From Bugula neritina (lineage: Eukaryota; Animalia; Bryozoa): 64,000 nucleotides of DNA. The notes under the pieces are model-generated. The model had not been told where the DNA came from. It made no database searches and saw only the letters and a list, made by a program, of their open reading frames with translations. Of the stretch, positions 60,148 to 64,000 are shown piece after piece; within the stretch, counting starts at the first letter, position 1; every line of letters begins with the position of its first letter. The stretch spans positions 5,534,707-5,598,706 of the forward strand of contig OZ037767.1 of the NCBI GenBank assembly GCA_964035545.1, written 5' to 3'. Position numbers and translations under genes: made by a program.

Positions 60148-61199
60148 TGGAATAGATTTTATATACAATCTTCAGGAATTCATTATTCACCACCTAGATG
60201 ACAAGAGATATGCTACTAATGCAACTAAACCCACAACTAACAATTTATATAGCATTTGTAACTACTGCAGAAGAATCTGCCACATTTCGGCGTCAATTGA
60301 TTGTATGAAATATATGAAGCACATATAGCACATTGATGTAGTATGCAACATATACAGTAAGACTATTTTTTGTGTTATTAAAAATAATTTAACAACCTTA
60401 TTATTACAAATAAATTTAAAACTAATTAAAGCATTCAAATAATTACATTAATAGTAAGTTACATGTTACTATCGATGAAAAAATTAATTGAGTTCATGAC
60501 CAGTTAATATTAAAACAAGCTGAAACACATTTGCTTAGAGTAATAATGAAAAAAATAAAATGAATATTGATATGGTTTTTAAAAAATGAAATATTACTTG
60601 AAAATATTAATACTGATATTAAGAGCCACTTTACAGATGCTGGCACTCAGCATTAGCCCAATAGTCTTGAACGAAAAATTAACTTCATTACTCAACATGA
60701 CTTGAATTAAAGAACTACTATCACATCTAAATGTGGAGCTAGCCTATTAGTATTACATTACTAAGTCCTAAATATCATTACTTAAAAATTGTAGCCTACT
60801 GTTTTCAAAATCAGTAACTAAATAAGAATATAAAATAGAATTATCTTTAATAGGCGTGAGCTTAAGAGCAAAACTGAAAAAAAAATTTTAACAAAGATTT
60901 TTAGATTGAAATTTATAATTAAGAATCATACTGGCCTTGAGATTTTAAGTATTAGTATTGGGTCTTGCATGATCAACATGAACATGGCTATGAGTTTAGC
61001 GTAAGGTTTAGGATTATAATTATGAGTATTAAACTTTTGAGTTTGACTATTGGATTTGGTATAATTTCAATATTGATGATATTAATAAATAAGATTTGGT
61101 ATTCACTATGGAGTTTCAGTATGATAATCATTATGATTATGATACTCTAGTCTATAACTATTACTATTGGCATGAAATAAAAATTAAATAATAAATACC

Positions 61200-61590
61200 A
61201 CAATGACAATGAGTATGACTATCATAGCCACTATCAGTGTCACTATGACTATGAGTAGCACTTACAGTTACTGAGTACGAGCATCAGTATGACTATCAGT
61301 ATGACTATCAATATCAGTATCACTGTAGGTGTATTACTGTAGCTGTAGGTGTATCACTGTAGGTGTATCAGCATCACTATGACTATCAGTATGAGTATGA
61401 CTATGATTATCAGTATGAGTATGACTATGACTATCGGATTCACTGAAAGTGAATGAAGGCTGAGCATGAGTACCACTGGCACTAGCCTAGTGACTAGGCA
61501 CTAAGTGACTATTAGTATTACCATTACATTAGTATTAGTATCACTGTGACTATGAGTATTAATATAACTATAAGTATGACTATCATTATT
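61200..61590. repeat. Degenerate hexamer repeat (TATGAC/TATCAG/TATGAG)n
   Basis: Low-complexity array upstream of SMEK. Confidence 0.75.
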
Positions 61591-61897
61591 ATTATAATAT
61601 ACATTCACATTGTCATTGCCATTGATGTACTGATTCAAATTGGCTCAAGCAGTCAAACTCAAAGTCAATGATTCAATTTCATTTTGATAATCATAATGAT
61701 AATGATTTTCACTTTCAGGATGAAACTAAGTACTTTTAGATTTCACCAGCCCCAATTAATTTAGTTAAATTAAATAATTAAATTTGTAGTCAATAGAATG
61801 AAGTAACAAAATTTCAAATAACAATAAGGCATGTTTAAACAGTCTGAACAAGTCAATTGGAAATTGATGAATATAATAATAATTCTAATCTGGAGCT

Positions 61898-61912
61898 TGG
61901 CGCCATATTGAA
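61898..61912 (-). promoter_or_regulatory. Possible YY1-like motif near a putative SMEK transcription start
   Basis: Minus strand CAATATGGCGCC. The SMEK ATG exon has a likely acceptor near 60194, implying an upstream non-coding exon. This is inference only. Confidence 0.25.
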
Positions 61913-63353
61913 AACCTCAACAAAATGAGAAGTGTGTATTGTACACATAAATAATACCACGCGTTTGTAAAGACGTCAATGTAAGCAACTGCACAAGAGA
62001 AGACAATGCTTAAAGCCCATCATATAAGATACATGCATGCCGTTCTATAAAAGCTTATTTTCAAACGTATGGCTCTCCAAAGAGTTAAAGTTAATAGTTC
62101 ACGCTGTGGCTCTGTTTGTGCACGTGCCAAGGTTTACACTGCTATTACAGAACATGCATGAGTATCCACAAAGTTTGAATTGATTATTATAAGTTCTAAC
62201 TCATTTATACATTGTAAGCAAGTGTCAAGTAGATACCTACATTTTAATCAATAGCACAATATTGTACAACTATAATTTGCTATTTAATATTGTACTTCAA
62301 GCTATTATATATAATAATAGTAATAATACATGATGAAGTTTAAACAAGTTATTTCATATAATTATGAAAAATCAATATTTGCATTTGTGCCTGCAGTTAA
62401 TCAGGCCTATAAGCATTAAAGCTGGGAAAAATTATTAGTTTATTCTCATTAATGATTGTTATGATAACTCTTCAATGTGATATGCATTTTGTCTCGCTCC
62501 CTAAATAAGAGAATGTATGAAAATATAAGCAAAAACTGTAAAAAATATATCAAATAAATTATAGATGTAGGCATTTAAAGCAGAAAAAATTTAAGAAATT
62601 ATTGCATGTGTCAGTAAGAAATTAAACATGATGGGTTACAAATATACAAAGGACAATATGTATACATGTATTATAAGCCATTATAACAGTGACATAATTA
62701 GCTGAAACACTAATTCATGAAATACAATAAATATGTGCTGCACCTAACTTGTTATTTATGTATGCACGCATGCGTGCCGTGTGTGTGTGTGGCTGTGTGT
62801 GTGTTCGCAGTGTGTGTGTGTGCACCGTGTGTGTGTGGCTGTGCATGTGTGTGTGCGCGTGTGTTGTGACAGTTTAAAATAAGGAAGCTGTAGCTATAAC
62901 AAAGTTTACAGAGAGAAGGCTTTTAATATAACCCATTTTATTTACTAAGTTTTATACATCAACCAGTACAGAACTGTCACTATTTATAGGTCCATTATAA
63001 ATTACAGTACTATTTATACATAAATATGAAGTATTTAAGGATAACCAATGCCTCAGCTAAGTTAAAACAGCCAATGCCCTCATAAATTGCATTTTTTGGA
63101 TCAGCAACTGCCATGGATATAAAAATAAAGTTACTGAAACTAATCCCATATCACAAGATAAAATATCAAAAGTTTACAGAAATATACAAAAAATTATAGT
63201 AGAAATATTTACAATCTACCTGCCCATTTTATATACATATATATTATCACATTATATTCAAAAAAGCATGCTTAAAACGATAAAGTGTAATATAGTGTCA
63301 GCATTAATATACCATATACAAACGAGCTTCTTTGAGAAAGAGAGACAAGATGG

Positions 63354-63892
63354 CTACGTGTTAGTCAACGAGCCACTAGCCAATTCCTCCAACAACCTCT
63401 CTGTGGGGGGCATGCTGTCTTCACCTGTAACCAGTATTATGTCATCAGAGCTAGTAGCAGCGGGCACCACCATGTCATGGTATACCACGTCAACATCGCT
63501 TGTAATATCAGCATTCTCACTAGAGGCATCAGCCAATGTCACACGGATCACGTTTTGCACTTCGCCATCTAAAATCCAATAGCAAAGCTTGAAAAACATT
63601 TTACATACCTAATATGAAACCTTTACCAAAAGAAACTGAATAAACTTTACAGCAGAAGACAACTAGGTGGACGGCATACATTTGAAGAACAATAAAAATT
63701 AAGCCTTTGTTCTCTGTAATACATATACACATTATATAGGGACGCGACCTTGAACAGACTCGGAGATGGAGGTGACGTATTGAGTGGAGTTATCTGGCAT
63801 AGACTGCTGTGCAGTGTTACATTCCGGCAGAGACTCGGGAAGTGTGGTGATTCCATCAGAAACGGGAATAACTGGCTCTATAGATAGAAACT
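63354..63892 (-). CDS. Last two exons of an unidentified gene (acidic, low-complexity C-terminus); the gene continues beyond the window
   Basis: Exons 63749-63892 and 63354-63568 with AG/GT sites and compatible phase 1, ending in TAG. No recognisable domain. Confidence 0.6.
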
Positions 63893-64000
63893 CTGTAGAA
63901 TGAAAATACTACATTGCAGTATTTATACACAGCAGCAGACGTAATACTAGAGCAAGCATATTCAGATAGCTAATTCTAGTAGCAAGAATATTCTAATCTA

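Overview
AT-rich, intron-containing animal (probably invertebrate) genomic DNA; there are no prokaryotic features. (1) A tandem array of galactose-3-O-sulfotransferase (GAL3ST-family) genes on the minus strand has three 8-exon copies (A 2720-24197, B 30013-34855, C 40246-47776) plus 3' pseudogene fragments. (2) The first coding intron of copy A is swollen by ~17 kb of nested Gypsy LTR retrotransposons. One is a young, structurally complete element (15715-23274: 273-bp LTRs differing at one base, CCAG TSD, tRNA-Leu PBS, PPT). It carries an intact extra ORF in the env position that encodes a C2H2 zinc-finger/NLS/PxVxL/coiled-coil protein rather than an envelope. (3) The same intron of copy B holds a perfect 119-bp-arm palindrome with a minimal type I hammerhead ribozyme on each strand, typical of Penelope-like elements. 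(4) A 14-exon SMEK/PPP4R3 gene lies at 50714-60147 (minus). (5) The 3' end of an unidentified gene is at the right edge. Solo LTR, MITEs, tRNA-derived SINEs and micro/minisatellites are interspersed. All exon boundaries and alignments were read by eye and have not been computed.
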